Origin: Candidatus Latescibacterota bacterium
GTDB taxonomy: Bacteria > Latescibacterota > UBA2968 > UBA8231
DNA length: 64,000 nt
Direction: 5' to 3'
NCBI GenBank assembly: GCA_965217585.1
Contig: OZ244561.1
Location: forward strand, 6,048,001 to 6,112,000
Shown: in pieces, positions 44,992 through 55,055 of the stretch
How positions within the stretch are numbered: the stretch's first letter is position 1
Layout of the letters: every line of letters starts with the position of its first letter
Made by a program: the position numbers and the translations under genes
The notes under the pieces: model-generated
Told to the model about the DNA's origin: nothing
Databases searched by the model: none
What the model saw: only the letters and a program-made list of their open reading frames with translations

Positions 44992-46948
44992 GGGCCTTCT
45001 CCTCGGTATGCACCGGGAAGTACAGCCGGAATACACTGCCTCCATCCGGCCGGTTGGCAGCCTCCACCCGGCCCCCATGCGCCTCGACCACGTTTTTGAC
45101 TAGAGACAATCCCAATCCTGTGCCCGCAGTACTGGCCGCGTTGGCCCCTCGATGAAATTGCGCAAAGATGCGCTCCTCCTCACCTGTGGGGAGGCCGATG
45201 CCCCGGTCGGCTACTTCTACGATCACCTCAGCTCCGCGCTGTTCTACGGCCAGGCGGATGGACTTGTGCTCGGACGAGTACTTGACTGCGTTGCCTAGGA
45301 TATTGGCGACCGCGCCCTCCACCGCTTCTTGGTCGGCCAGTACCGGGGGCAGTTCCGCCGCAATAGCTTCCTCCACCTCAAAGCCCTCCGCAGTGAATAC
45401 TCCGCCAAAGGTCTCCAGCGCAGCCCGGGCCGCGACCCCTAGGTCGCAGGGTTGGCGCTGGTAGGTTCTGTCGCCGCGCTCAATGCGAGAGAAATCGAGC
45501 ACATTATCCACCAAGCGCGACAGCCGTCGGCTCTCGTGCAGGAGGGTGGTCAGGTAGTCCTGCATCTGTTCGGCCGACCGGTAGCGGCCCATGAGCAGGG
45601 TCTCGGCGTACATGCGGATGGACGTGAGCGGGGTGCGCAACTCGTGCGATACATTGGCGACAAACTCGGACCGCAGGCGGGCGACCTGTACCTCGCGCCC
45701 GGCGTCTCGCAGAATCATAAGCCCACCCAGAACCACGGATACGGCCAAGGCGAAAATGCCGCCGCCCACCAGCCAATTGCGCGTGCGATAGTACCCGGTG
45801 GCTGCGGAGGCATCGGCCGCCCAAATCCCTAGCCGCACTCGGTCCATCCAGCGGCTGGCCGGCGCAGTTTCGTAGATGGTCTCTCGATGCGCGGACGCAA
45901 AGGCGGCTTCCGCGTCGGCGTCGAACAGGGTAAGGGCAAAATCCCGCTCCGCCAGACCCTCCACTTGCTCCTGCACTAGGGCCGTCAGCGCGTCCCAGTC
46001 GAATAGAATGCCCACGGCACCGCCTCCTTCAGCCGCTCCCAGGTACATGAGGAAACTCGTCCCATCGGGCCACACGCCCGATATATAACCCTGCTCCCGG
46101 GCCGCAGCCCATTGGTCCTCCACTACGGGGTCGAAGCGCATTGCAAAATCAAGGGCTTTCTCGATCAGGGCCAACCTCTCCAGCAGAACGGGGCGGTCCT
46201 CCATGTCCGCCAGCCGACCTTGGGCTAACGCGCGGGCCTCTTGCAGGGCCTGCTGGCTGCCCGCGTAGAGGGGATAGCGGCCTTTGAGCAGCGCCTCGGT
46301 CCAAGCCATCAGACTGGCTTGGGCTTGCCCGGGCGCGGCATAGCGCCCCTGGCGCAAGTGGCTCAGGGTGACGGGATGGGCCCCGTCGGCGTCGAAGACG
46401 TGACCGTAGAGGGCCGCCAGCGTCTGGTGCGCCCCCTCCACCATCCCCATGTCCTTTCCTTTATGAGCGCAGCGGGCAAGGGCGTTGAGCGCTTCGGCCT
46501 CCTCTGCGGGGCTAGTCGCTTCCTTCCATGCTTGGTGGTAGAGCTGCCCGCCGTCCGCCCAGTCTTGGTGGCCGAATTCGCGCTCTGCGGCCTGCTCCAT
46601 CTGCGCGGCGAAGGCCGCTCGGCGCTCCTGCAAGCGCAAGGGTTGCACGGCTGGATGGCTCAGCACTCCCTCGGGATCGACGGCGAAGATTTGCGCAATC
46701 TCGGAAAAACCCGCGTACTGGCGCGGATCCATTCCGCCCACTTCGGTATATGCGGCTAGGAGTTGGGCGCGGCTGTTGATCAAGCGATCGAAGGCGTCCT
46801 GCGCTAGCACCGCCTTGGAGCGCAATTCCCGGTTCACACTGTCGTGGACATCGCGCAGCGAGCGCACGCTCAAAAAGGCCAGCAGGGCGGCTGGCACGAG
46901 AATGGATAGGAAATAGAGGACTACCCAGCGAATTCCTAGGCGCGACAT
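44984..46948 (-). CDS. Sensor histidine kinase with large helical periplasmic domain
   Basis: Two TM segments; SHELRTPL, NAVKYS, DRGIG, GTGLGL. Confidence 0.93.
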   Translation of the reverse strand: MSRLGIRWVVLYFLSILVPAALLAFLSVRSLRDVHDSVNRELRSKAVLAQDAFDRLINSRAQLLAAYTEVGGMDPRQYAGFSEIAQIFAVDPEGVLSHPAVQPLRLQERRAAFAAQMEQAAEREFGHQDWADGGQLYHQAWKEATSPAEEAEALNALARCAHKGKDMGMVEGAHQTLAALYGHVFDADGAHPVTLSHLRQGRYAAPGQAQASLMAWTEALLKGRYPLYAGSQQALQEARALAQGRLADMEDRPVLLERLALIEKALDFAMRFDPVVEDQWAAAREQGYISGVWPDGTSFLMYLGAAEGGGAVGILFDWDALTALVQEQVEGLAERDFALTLFDADAEAAFASAHRETIYETAPASRWMDRVRLGIWAADASAATGYYRTRNWLVGGGIFALAVSVVLGGLMILRDAGREVQVARLRSEFVANVSHELRTPLTSIRMYAETLLMGRYRSAEQMQDYLTTLLHESRRLSRLVDNVLDFSRIERGDRTYQRQPCDLGVAARAALETFGGVFTAEGFEVEEAIAAELPPVLADQEAVEGAVANILGNAVKYSSEHKSIRLAVEQRGAEVIVEVADRGIGLPTGEEERIFAQFHRGANAASTAGTGLGLSLVKNVVEAHGGRVEAANRPDGGSVFRLYFPVHTEEKAHA

Positions 46949-46996
46949 GAGGTTAGCAGGAGGTGGGGAGTGGGAGGGTGCGGATCGTGAGCGAGG

Positions 46997-47025
46997 AATA
47001 TAGCGGGCGGCCCTTCCTCTTTCAA
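46997..47025 (-). promoter_or_regulatory. Sigma70 promoter of the kinase operon (duplicate of 56102-56130)
   Basis: Minus strand TTGAAA-17 bp-TATATT. Confidence 0.65.
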
Positions 47026-47139
47026 ATTTGTTCCGCGCGTGCGTTTGACATCTGTGGGGGAAGCGGCATATAGTTGCGACCGATACTATACATTACATCT
47101 AATTTGATCTTTCCTTGGGGCGAGAGAACCCACACAGCC

Positions 47140-50100
47140 ATGAAAAGCGACTCCGTCGTGCAAAAGATCCTCGTCGGCTTGGCACTGAGCTTGGCACCCG
47201 TTGAGGCCCAGCGGGGCTACCAGCTAAGCGGCGACGAGGTGGTGGTCGATCTGGCGCAGCACTGGCAGCAGTGGAGCATCCCCGCCCATCTGGCGCACAT
47301 CGACGAGGCCGGGTCCGTGCGGACGCGCCGGCTGCGGACGGTGTACAATGTCCTTGAGGATCGCACGCTCAGACGGCCGATAATCATTAACACGGACGAC
47401 CCGCGCATTGGCACCATCGACAGCACCATGCAGTTCGATGTGTTTGGCGAGCCGATCCGCAATACGCTCAACGAACTGGTCTTCGACTACTGGGTGCGGC
47501 CGGGGATTAGCCGGGTGGGGTCCAATCCGCAGCTAGCAGAGCATATCCTCGACGGCGATCCGACCACGTTCTGGGAGCCGGATCCACGCGACCCCATCGA
47601 GCAGTGGTGGATCGAGGTGGATCTGGGGCGGGCCGTGCCCGTGGAGCGGCTCAAACTCCAGTTCGTCGATGAAGAACTTGGCGATCCCTTTCTGCAGTTT
47701 ATCATGCTGATGTCGCGCCGGCAGAGTGCGCTGTTGCACGAGCCGAATAGCCGCATTGGCTTCCAACTGTTCATTCCGCAGGACGCGCCCAATACCACGC
47801 AGCGCGAATACATTTTTGCAAGCGAGCACACCAGCCCCGAACTGCCTGCGGCCTCCGGGGTAGTCAGCGATAGGCTACTGATAGAAGTGAGAAAGCCCTC
47901 GCCCGAGTGGACGGGCAAGAGCATTGAGACCATCCGCATTGTGATCACGGATACGCGGGGGGGACGAGCCGAACAGATTGCGCAGGAGGCGTGGGAGGCA
48001 TTGTCGGCCACAGAGCAGGGGGATGTGGTTTATTTTGCGCGAGACGTGGCCGGGCGCGAGGAACCGGTGGACGAGGCGACCTATAGGGCCTTGGCCGAGG
48101 AACGGCAGGGGCGGCGGGCCTACTACCGCCGGGAGTTGCCGCGCCTGGCCGAGGTCGAGGCTTGGGGCTGGGGCGACAATATCGGCATCAACTTGGTCAA
48201 AAATGGCGGCTCGCTCGCGCTGACCACGCCGGGCAAGAATCCGCTGACGGCATTCGACGGGGACGACGCCACCTATTACGTCCACCAAACCCGCAATCCA
48301 CTCAATCCCGGCGGCAATGTGCTGACCGTCGATATTGGTGGCGCGGTGTGGCTGGACCAGGTGCGCCTTACGGGGTCGGGTATGCGCGGCTATATCATGC
48401 GAGCTTCTGCTGGCGGGCGCGATGCTCGCGGCGGTCTCAAATGGCAGCGCATCAGTCCACCGGAGCGCGAGTATAGCGTGGCCGAGGCACTGCCGCGCGG
48501 CGACTCGGGCCGCTTCAGTGCGATTGTCGATCCCCAGGATCCGCCGCTCAAGGCCCGTCTCCTCGACTTGGTCGTCTTTGCCCACTTTCCCCCGGGTTTT
48601 GTCGGCGGTCGCTCCGAAAGCGGAGCTGGGCAAGGGATCCTGGTCAATGCCTTCTGGTCGGTGATCAGCGAGATCATGCTGTTTTCTCGCAGTCCGCCGG
48701 CCGAGGTGGTGCTGGAATCGGACTTGATCGAGTTGCCGGGGCTGGTGGCCTTGGGTGCGGTCCACTGGGACGCCGACACCCCGCCGGGCACGAACGTGGA
48801 AATCCGCACCCGCACCGGCGATCAACTGTTGCAGCAAATCCGCTATTTCGACAAAACCGGCAACGCGAAAACTGCCGACGAATACAAAACCTTGGCCGGT
48901 TTTCTCAAAGGGCCTTCGGATACCACGGTGGTCGTTGGACCGGGGTGGAGCGCGTGGAGCCAGCAATATCGGCAGCCGGGGGAGTGGGTGCGTTCGCCGA
49001 GTCTGCGGCGCTTTATGCAACTACAGGTGCGGCTCAAAAGCGACGGCGGCCAGCACGTGCCGGTGCTGCACCGCCTCTCGGTAGGCCTGCATCAGCCGGT
49101 GGTGCAGCGGCTGCGCGCCGAGGTGTGGCCGACGGGGGTGGAGGCAGGAGTGCTCGATACATTTGCCCTTTTTGTGCAGCCCGACTTTTTAACGCAGCCA
49201 GCCCAGGAGCGCAGCTTGGGTTTCGACGAGATGCGGGTGCGCGCCGAGCCGGGGCTGGACCTGCGGCTAGTCGATGTGGCTTTGGGGACGGAAGTGGAGT
49301 TGGCGTCCGAAACCCCGTTCCAGCGCTTTGCGCCGGGAGCCGATGGACGGCTGGTCGATGCGCAAGGGGCCGAGTTGGCCGTGCGCGCCGAGGGCGACTC
49401 GCTGTGGCTGCACTTTCCCCAGACCGTGCAGGGGGCACCCGCCGAAGCCCTCGCACCGGTGTACTACCGTGCGGTTGCTCCTGGCGACGAGGTGCCCACC
49501 GGGCTGGACCGCAATCTGTTGACCTTTACCTCGTACAGTCTCCTGCCCGAGGCCGAACAGGGCGCGGTGCGCTATTTTCGGCAGGAGGAGAGCGGCCGGC
49601 TGGTCGAGGTGGACGCGGAGGCCTACGAGGCCCTGTCCGCAGCCGAGCAGGGGCCGGTGCGCTACTTCCGCAAGGTCGTCGGTTTGGGCGATCAGGTGCC
49701 TTTTGACGCGGTGGGCGACAGCCTCGACCAGAGCCGCTACAACAGGCTGGGGGAGCAGCGAGGTTGGGTGGTGGACCGGGGCCGACTGGTGCGGCTGCGC
49801 TTTGCCTCGCGGGTGTATTTGCAGGGGACGCGCCTGGCGGTGGCGGTGCGGCAGAGCCAGCCCTCGACTGCGTGGCAGGTGGCGGACGGCGGCGATGTGA
49901 CCGGGCTGAGTCCCGCAAAGAGCTTGGCCATTAGTGCGCAGGGGACCGACGCGGCCATTGCCCAGGTGGCGATCGCACCGAATCCTTTTACGCCCAACGG
50001 CGATGGGGTCAACGAGGTGGCCGAGATCGCCTTTTCTTTGTTCCGGGTGCAGGCGGAGCGGTCGTTGGCCGTGCGGGTCTATACGCTGGCGGGTCGTCGA

Positions 50101-50277
50101 GTGCGGGAGTTGGAGGCACTGGCCACAGGTGGGCGGCAGCAGTTCATCTGGGATGGGCGGGATGAGGAGGGGCGGGTCGTGGCACCGGGCTTGTATTTGT
50201 GCAAGATCGAGGTGGACGCGGACGCTACGGCCTTTGGCGGCCAGAGCCGAGTTCACCTCATCGCCGTGGCCTATTAG
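47140..50277 (+). CDS. Large secreted protein with discoidin-like domains and C-terminal FlgD Ig-like domain
   Basis: Signal peptide; LDGDPTTFWE..WIEVDLGR, FDGDDATYY; C-terminal PNPFTPNGDGVNE..VYTLAGRRVR..WDGRDEEG..APGLYL. Confidence 0.85.
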   Translation: MKSDSVVQKILVGLALSLAPVEAQRGYQLSGDEVVVDLAQHWQQWSIPAHLAHIDEAGSVRTRRLRTVYNVLEDRTLRRPIIINTDDPRIGTIDSTMQFDVFGEPIRNTLNELVFDYWVRPGISRVGSNPQLAEHILDGDPTTFWEPDPRDPIEQWWIEVDLGRAVPVERLKLQFVDEELGDPFLQFIMLMSRRQSALLHEPNSRIGFQLFIPQDAPNTTQREYIFASEHTSPELPAASGVVSDRLLIEVRKPSPEWTGKSIETIRIVITDTRGGRAEQIAQEAWEALSATEQGDVVYFARDVAGREEPVDEATYRALAEERQGRRAYYRRELPRLAEVEAWGWGDNIGINLVKNGGSLALTTPGKNPLTAFDGDDATYYVHQTRNPLNPGGNVLTVDIGGAVWLDQVRLTGSGMRGYIMRASAGGRDARGGLKWQRISPPEREYSVAEALPRGDSGRFSAIVDPQDPPLKARLLDLVVFAHFPPGFVGGRSESGAGQGILVNAFWSVISEIMLFSRSPPAEVVLESDLIELPGLVALGAVHWDADTPPGTNVEIRTRTGDQLLQQIRYFDKTGNAKTADEYKTLAGFLKGPSDTTVVVGPGWSAWSQQYRQPGEWVRSPSLRRFMQLQVRLKSDGGQHVPVLHRLSVGLHQPVVQRLRAEVWPTGVEAGVLDTFALFVQPDFLTQPAQERSLGFDEMRVRAEPGLDLRLVDVALGTEVELASETPFQRFAPGADGRLVDAQGAELAVRAEGDSLWLHFPQTVQGAPAEALAPVYYRAVAPGDEVPTGLDRNLLTFTSYSLLPEAEQGAVRYFRQEESGRLVEVDAEAYEALSAAEQGPVRYFRKVVGLGDQVPFDAVGDSLDQSRYNRLGEQRGWVVDRGRLVRLRFASRVYLQGTRLAVAVRQSQPSTAWQVADGGDVTGLSPAKSLAISAQGTDAAIAQVAIAPNPFTPNGDGVNEVAEIAFSLFRVQAERSLAVRVYTLAGRRVRELEALATGGRQQFIWDGRDEEGRVVAPGLYLCKIEVDADATAFGGQSRVHLIAVAY

Positions 50278-50293
50278 GTAGGGAAGATGCCCG

Positions 50294-53011
50294 ATGGTCG
50301 TGAGCAGAAGACAAAAATTCGCCATACTGCTCGGCCTTGCGGTCGCCGGCGACAGCGTCGCTCAGGTCGAGTACGGCAATCGGCTGGGTTTGCAGCAAGG
50401 GGCGGAAGCCCGGCTGATGACCCTGAGTCCGGAGGTGGATCTGGCCGCGCTGGACCCGGCCGTGCGGCGCTGGTACGTGCCGCAGGAACTATACGAAGAA
50501 TACCACTGGCGGCAGTGGCAGTACACCAATCGGGCGCGGCTGCCGTACCGGCGCTACGTGGAAGTCGATCTGCAGGGGGATTACTTCTACGACTTATATG
50601 GCAATTACCTGACCCAGGGCTGGCTGGTGTTCAACACCGCGCAGACGCGGCCCCAAGAGGCGGGCAGCACCCTGTTCAAGACGAATGTATTTGAGCGGTG
50701 GTTCAATCAACTGGTGATCGCCGGGGACCGGAAGGGCCAGTATCACTATGCGCTGACGGTGAGCAACAATCTGCGCACGACCCTGACGCCGCTGGCCTTT
50801 TCCAAGCCGCGCTTGAACGGATTCCAACTGGACTTGGCCATGGACAAGTATCAAATGACCTTCCTCCATTCGCTGATCTCAGGGCCTAGGGCCATCCAGG
50901 AGACGGAGCGGGCTTTTACGGACGCCACGTCTTTGGCGGGAGGTCGTTTTGTGGCGCAGGTGGGCGATTTCGTCGAGGTGGGTTTACACGCGGTCAGCGC
51001 CCATCAAACGAATAGTTTGACGGACGAACTCGTGGAGACCTTGCACAAGGGATCCTTGACCAACGAACAGAACCAGACGGTTGGGCAGATCGAGATCCTC
51101 TTGCGCGACGACTCGCCGGAGGACGGCCGCGGCGGTGCGGCCTTTTTCCCAGACGCCTCGGACGTGATCATCACCTATCGCGACGGCACGGTGGAGCAGG
51201 GCCGGGACATCCGTTTTGGTCCGGTGATTGAAGGGGGGTTGGAGCGGCGGGGATTTCGCAGCGCGGATGGCGACGAGCAGATCAGCCTGCTCTACGACTT
51301 TGACAGTGCGTCGTTTGTCAACCGGGCTGCGGCCGACAAGTCGGAGATTGTCGCAGTAGAATTTCGGCTGGTGCTGGCCAACGACTATCAGGTCTGGATA
51401 AGTTCCGATCGCCAGTTGGGGCTCCTCGATCCGGGCGAGGGGGTGCGGGGACTGGGCGAAGAGGGATTTACCCGGCTCGACGTAGCGCCGACGGAGATTC
51501 CCTTTTTTATGATGGTGTCTCAGGCACCGGGCAATGTGCAGGACATCTCCAATTTAGGCGTGGTCAGCTTTGCCTACGGCCTGCCCACCGCCACCACTGT
51601 GGCCGGCGGCACCCTCCAGGTGCAGGACCTGTTAGGGTTCGATGTGTATGGCGAATACGATTTGAGTTGGAGCTGGCGTCAATACCCCAACATCGCCGCG
51701 GAAACCCACACGGCCTCGGCGGGGATTAAAGGCCAATCCAGCGCACCGGCTTGGATGCTCAATGTGCGCAAATCTTGGGCACCGTTTTTGTTGTTCGGCG
51801 AGCTGTATTCCATTGACCCGCGCTACAACACCCAAGCCTTTGTCACCACGACCTCGGGCCTCGACTACGCCCGGCAGGGCAACCGCTTTGATCTGGTCGA
51901 AGACAACGACGATCAAGACCGTTTCCCCGATGCCTTCCGCGCCGATTTTCTGGTCAATGACCGGCAGGTCTTTCCCGGTTGGGATCTGAACAACGACTTG
52001 GTGCCCGACTTCAACCAAAACGACAACCGAGTCAAGACCAATGCCATCCCAGACTACGAAGAGCCCTTCCTGCGCTTCCAAGTGGACCGGCCCGAGTTCC
52101 TCTTTGGGGTGGACATGAACCACAACTTCTGGGTTGACCTGTATGAGAACGACACCGAGCCGGACTATCCCTACCGCCGCGATCAGGCCGGTTTCAATGT
52201 CTATGGCGGGATGGGGCTAGGTCGGCACTGGCAGCTCAAGGTGGGGGCCTTGCGCGAGGAGCAGATCTCAGCCGACCGCCAGAATCACAGCACCTACGTG
52301 CAGGTAGGCTACGAGCGGGTGTGGCCGGATTGGGGCCGAGTGCGGCTGTTTGAAATGAGCCAGTTGGTCGCGGACGACATTCCCAATCCGCTCTTGCAGT
52401 GGCAGCCGGACAACACCTTGCGGGGTGGGCAGTTGGCCCATCTCGACGATCCGCTGTTGGCGCGGGATACGTGGGTCAATCAGCTCTTTGTCGGACACAG
52501 CCTGACCAGCGAAAACCTCCAGGTGATGAGCAAGCTCAACTGGGTGCTTTTCCGGCAGTTGATGAGCGCACAGCGCCGCCAGCAGCACGACTTGGAGCCG
52601 TCGGACTTTTTCTTTGGCTTGATCAACAAGGCGAGCTACCGCTACACTTGGCGGGGCGCGACCGTGGAGCCGCGCTGGAAGAGCGAATGGATTCAACAGA
52701 GCCGGTCGCTCTTTGATCAGGAGAAGCAAACGACGCTGCTGGAGTTGGTTGCGGTGTTGTTGGAGACCCAGCTTTTGTCCGCGACTAGGGTGCAGGCCGG
52801 GGTGGAGTACGCCTTTTTCGACGATTTAGACCGAGATACAGAGGATTTTAACTCGCTGAGTTGGGCTTTCCAGTTGGCGACGGAATCGGCTTATCTAGGG
52901 TATCGAATCCAAGCCTTGGTCGGCTTTGTGGTGGAGCGCAAAGATTTTGTGGAGGCCGAGACTATCACCGCTACCCAGAGCTTTGTCTCGCTCTACGCCG
53001 GATTGCAGTAG
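50294..53011 (+). CDS. Large secreted/outer-membrane protein, partner of the upstream gene
   Basis: Signal peptide; acidic DxDxD-type motifs (DNDDQDRFPD, DLNNDLVPD); amphipathic beta-strand C-terminus ending FVSLYAGLQ. Confidence 0.75.
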   Translation: MVVSRRQKFAILLGLAVAGDSVAQVEYGNRLGLQQGAEARLMTLSPEVDLAALDPAVRRWYVPQELYEEYHWRQWQYTNRARLPYRRYVEVDLQGDYFYDLYGNYLTQGWLVFNTAQTRPQEAGSTLFKTNVFERWFNQLVIAGDRKGQYHYALTVSNNLRTTLTPLAFSKPRLNGFQLDLAMDKYQMTFLHSLISGPRAIQETERAFTDATSLAGGRFVAQVGDFVEVGLHAVSAHQTNSLTDELVETLHKGSLTNEQNQTVGQIEILLRDDSPEDGRGGAAFFPDASDVIITYRDGTVEQGRDIRFGPVIEGGLERRGFRSADGDEQISLLYDFDSASFVNRAAADKSEIVAVEFRLVLANDYQVWISSDRQLGLLDPGEGVRGLGEEGFTRLDVAPTEIPFFMMVSQAPGNVQDISNLGVVSFAYGLPTATTVAGGTLQVQDLLGFDVYGEYDLSWSWRQYPNIAAETHTASAGIKGQSSAPAWMLNVRKSWAPFLLFGELYSIDPRYNTQAFVTTTSGLDYARQGNRFDLVEDNDDQDRFPDAFRADFLVNDRQVFPGWDLNNDLVPDFNQNDNRVKTNAIPDYEEPFLRFQVDRPEFLFGVDMNHNFWVDLYENDTEPDYPYRRDQAGFNVYGGMGLGRHWQLKVGALREEQISADRQNHSTYVQVGYERVWPDWGRVRLFEMSQLVADDIPNPLLQWQPDNTLRGGQLAHLDDPLLARDTWVNQLFVGHSLTSENLQVMSKLNWVLFRQLMSAQRRQQHDLEPSDFFFGLINKASYRYTWRGATVEPRWKSEWIQQSRSLFDQEKQTTLLELVAVLLETQLLSATRVQAGVEYAFFDDLDRDTEDFNSLSWAFQLATESAYLGYRIQALVGFVVERKDFVEAETITATQSFVSLYAGLQ

Positions 53012-53047
53012 GTCGAGTCCCTGTATGCGCCGCACGCGGAGCCGTTT

Positions 53048-54193
53048 TTAGCGCGGACCTTCCTCCCAAGACGGCAAGCTCAAACCGTCCTGATCCCAGA
53101 CAATTTCGCCGGCCCGCAGGGTCATGCGGCCCTCTATTTTTTGGTTGCCTTGTAGGGTGCTGCGGGTGGCATCGACAAAGCCAAAGCGGCCTTCATGGAC
53201 GGCCAGTACCGCGACATCGGCTTCAGCGCCTAGGCTCAGGTGGCCCAATTCGGGCCGGCGGATGACTTCGGCGGGGCGCTGCGTCGAGCGGTAGATGACC
53301 TCTTGCAGCGGCATCCCCAAGGCCAGCATTTTCGACATGGTGATGTTCATGGTGGCATTGGGCAGCAGGCGGCTGCGGCGGTGTAGGTCGGTGCTGATGG
53401 TATCGGGGGGAAAGCCTTGGGCCATGGCCGGCACGGCAATGTGGAAGCGGAAGGAGGCGTTGCCGTGGCCCAAGTCGAAAATCACGCCGCGCTCGCGGGC
53501 CTGCCAGACAAAGTCGAAAATGCGGTCGTTGTCGTCGAGCATGGGCGTGCGCATGGAATAGCAGTGGGTGTGGATGTCGCCGGGGCTGTAGCGGGCGAGC
53601 AACTCTGGGTACGTGCGGGTGGGTTTGGGCGAGAAATCGACCATGACAATGCTGCCGGCCCGCCGCGCCGCCTCAATGGCACCTCCGGTTGATTCCCATC
53701 CCGGTCCGCCAAAATGGGCCGACTTGACCCCAACGATATGCTCGGGGTAGCGCTCGACTGCTGAGGCGCAGGGGATGGGGTCCATATCGGTGGTGTCCTG
53801 TTCCGGAGGACCGGTCATGCCAGCGCCGACGATGTTGACAAAGGCGAGGACGCGGGTGATGGACTGGTCCATGATGGTCTCTTTGAAATCTGCAATATCC
53901 TTGTACCCAGCGCCGCCCGTATCGACGCAGGTGGTGACTCCGTGCGGCAGGTTGTGGGGGTCGGGGAAGAGCCAAGCATTAAAGCCGCCGTACACGTGCA
54001 GGTGGATGTCGATGAGGCCGGGGGAGACGTAGAGGCCAGCGACATTGGCTTGTCGTTCGGCGGTGCCGGGTAACTGCGGTCCCACAGCGGCGATTTTGCC
54101 GTCTTTGACGGCGAGGTCGGCCGGGCCGTCAAGGCCGTTTTTGGGGTCGATGAGGTGGCCGTTTTTGAGCAGGACGTCGTAGTGGGGGGACAT
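53048..54193 (-). CDS. Amidohydrolase/deacetylase family metallohydrolase (dihydroorotase-like)
   Basis: PGLIDIHLH, VTTCVDTG, PGDIHTH, DLGHG, ISTDLH. Confidence 0.9.
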   Translation of the reverse strand: MSPHYDVLLKNGHLIDPKNGLDGPADLAVKDGKIAAVGPQLPGTAERQANVAGLYVSPGLIDIHLHVYGGFNAWLFPDPHNLPHGVTTCVDTGGAGYKDIADFKETIMDQSITRVLAFVNIVGAGMTGPPEQDTTDMDPIPCASAVERYPEHIVGVKSAHFGGPGWESTGGAIEAARRAGSIVMVDFSPKPTRTYPELLARYSPGDIHTHCYSMRTPMLDDNDRIFDFVWQARERGVIFDLGHGNASFRFHIAVPAMAQGFPPDTISTDLHRRSRLLPNATMNITMSKMLALGMPLQEVIYRSTQRPAEVIRRPELGHLSLGAEADVAVLAVHEGRFGFVDATRSTLQGNQKIEGRMTLRAGEIVWDQDGLSLPSWEEGPR

Positions 54194-54226
54194 GGTGCTC
54201 CTTTTGGGTTGCCGAATAGAATGCTG

Positions 54227-54970
54227 TCAGTCGCCGGGGAAGTGCCCTTGGTACTCCAGACCTAGTAGCTCCCGGGACCGGGCCACATTGCAGTACTTAT
54301 CCGCGTCTGGGTGGCTGGCCGTGTGCATAATGTCGAAATCAATGGTCTCGGATGTGAGCGCTAGGTGGCAGGCCTGCGCCAGATCGTGTCGGCAGACCCA
54401 GCTAACGCCGCCGCGGGCGGGGTGGCCGTCGCGGCTGATCCCGAGCCTGCTGTCGCCGATGCTACAGGGCCGGAAAACGATGATCCGCAGGCCGTAGGCG
54501 TCGTGGAATTGGCGGCACATTTCCTCCTGCAGGCGCTTGGAGATGCCGTACAGGCTTCCTTCCTTGCTGCGCACCTCCGACGACAGGAAAACGCCGTCTG
54601 GATGTTGCACGACGCAGGAGCTCATGTGCACCACTCGTTTGAGTTGGTGCCGCCGAGCCGACTCCAAGACGTTCCACATCCCCTTGAGGTTGATGAGAAA
54701 GGGGTTCACATCAACCTCGGGCGGGTTCTCGTAGCCGAAGTAAGCGGCGAGATGGACGACGCCGTCCATACCTTCCAAAGTCCTGTGGACGGCGTCGAAG
54801 TCGGCGATGTCCCCGTAGTGCTTTTCTCCCTCCCAGTCGCCGTCGAAGCGGCGGTACGTCGCCCAAGCTTCGGGACTGTAATCGAAGGCGCGCACTTGGT
54901 GGCGACCGGCGAAGCTTTCCAGCACGGCTCGGCCGACCCACCCGGCGGCACCCATTATGGCGACTTTCAT
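54227..54970 (-). CDS. NAD-dependent epimerase/dehydratase (extended SDR)
   Basis: GAAGWVG, VHLAA, YGISK (YxxxK). Confidence 0.9.
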   Translation of the reverse strand: MKVAIMGAAGWVGRAVLESFAGRHQVRAFDYSPEAWATYRRFDGDWEGEKHYGDIADFDAVHRTLEGMDGVVHLAAYFGYENPPEVDVNPFLINLKGMWNVLESARRHQLKRVVHMSSCVVQHPDGVFLSSEVRSKEGSLYGISKRLQEEMCRQFHDAYGLRIIVFRPCSIGDSRLGISRDGHPARGGVSWVCRHDLAQACHLALTSETIDFDIMHTASHPDADKYCNVARSRELLGLEYQGHFPGD

Positions 54971-55055
54971 AAGCAATCCTCCTGGGAAACGGCATCATAG
55001 CCGGGGGGTTGCGCCCGGCGGCGACCGAGCGGCCATCTACCGAGCAGCTCCGCAG

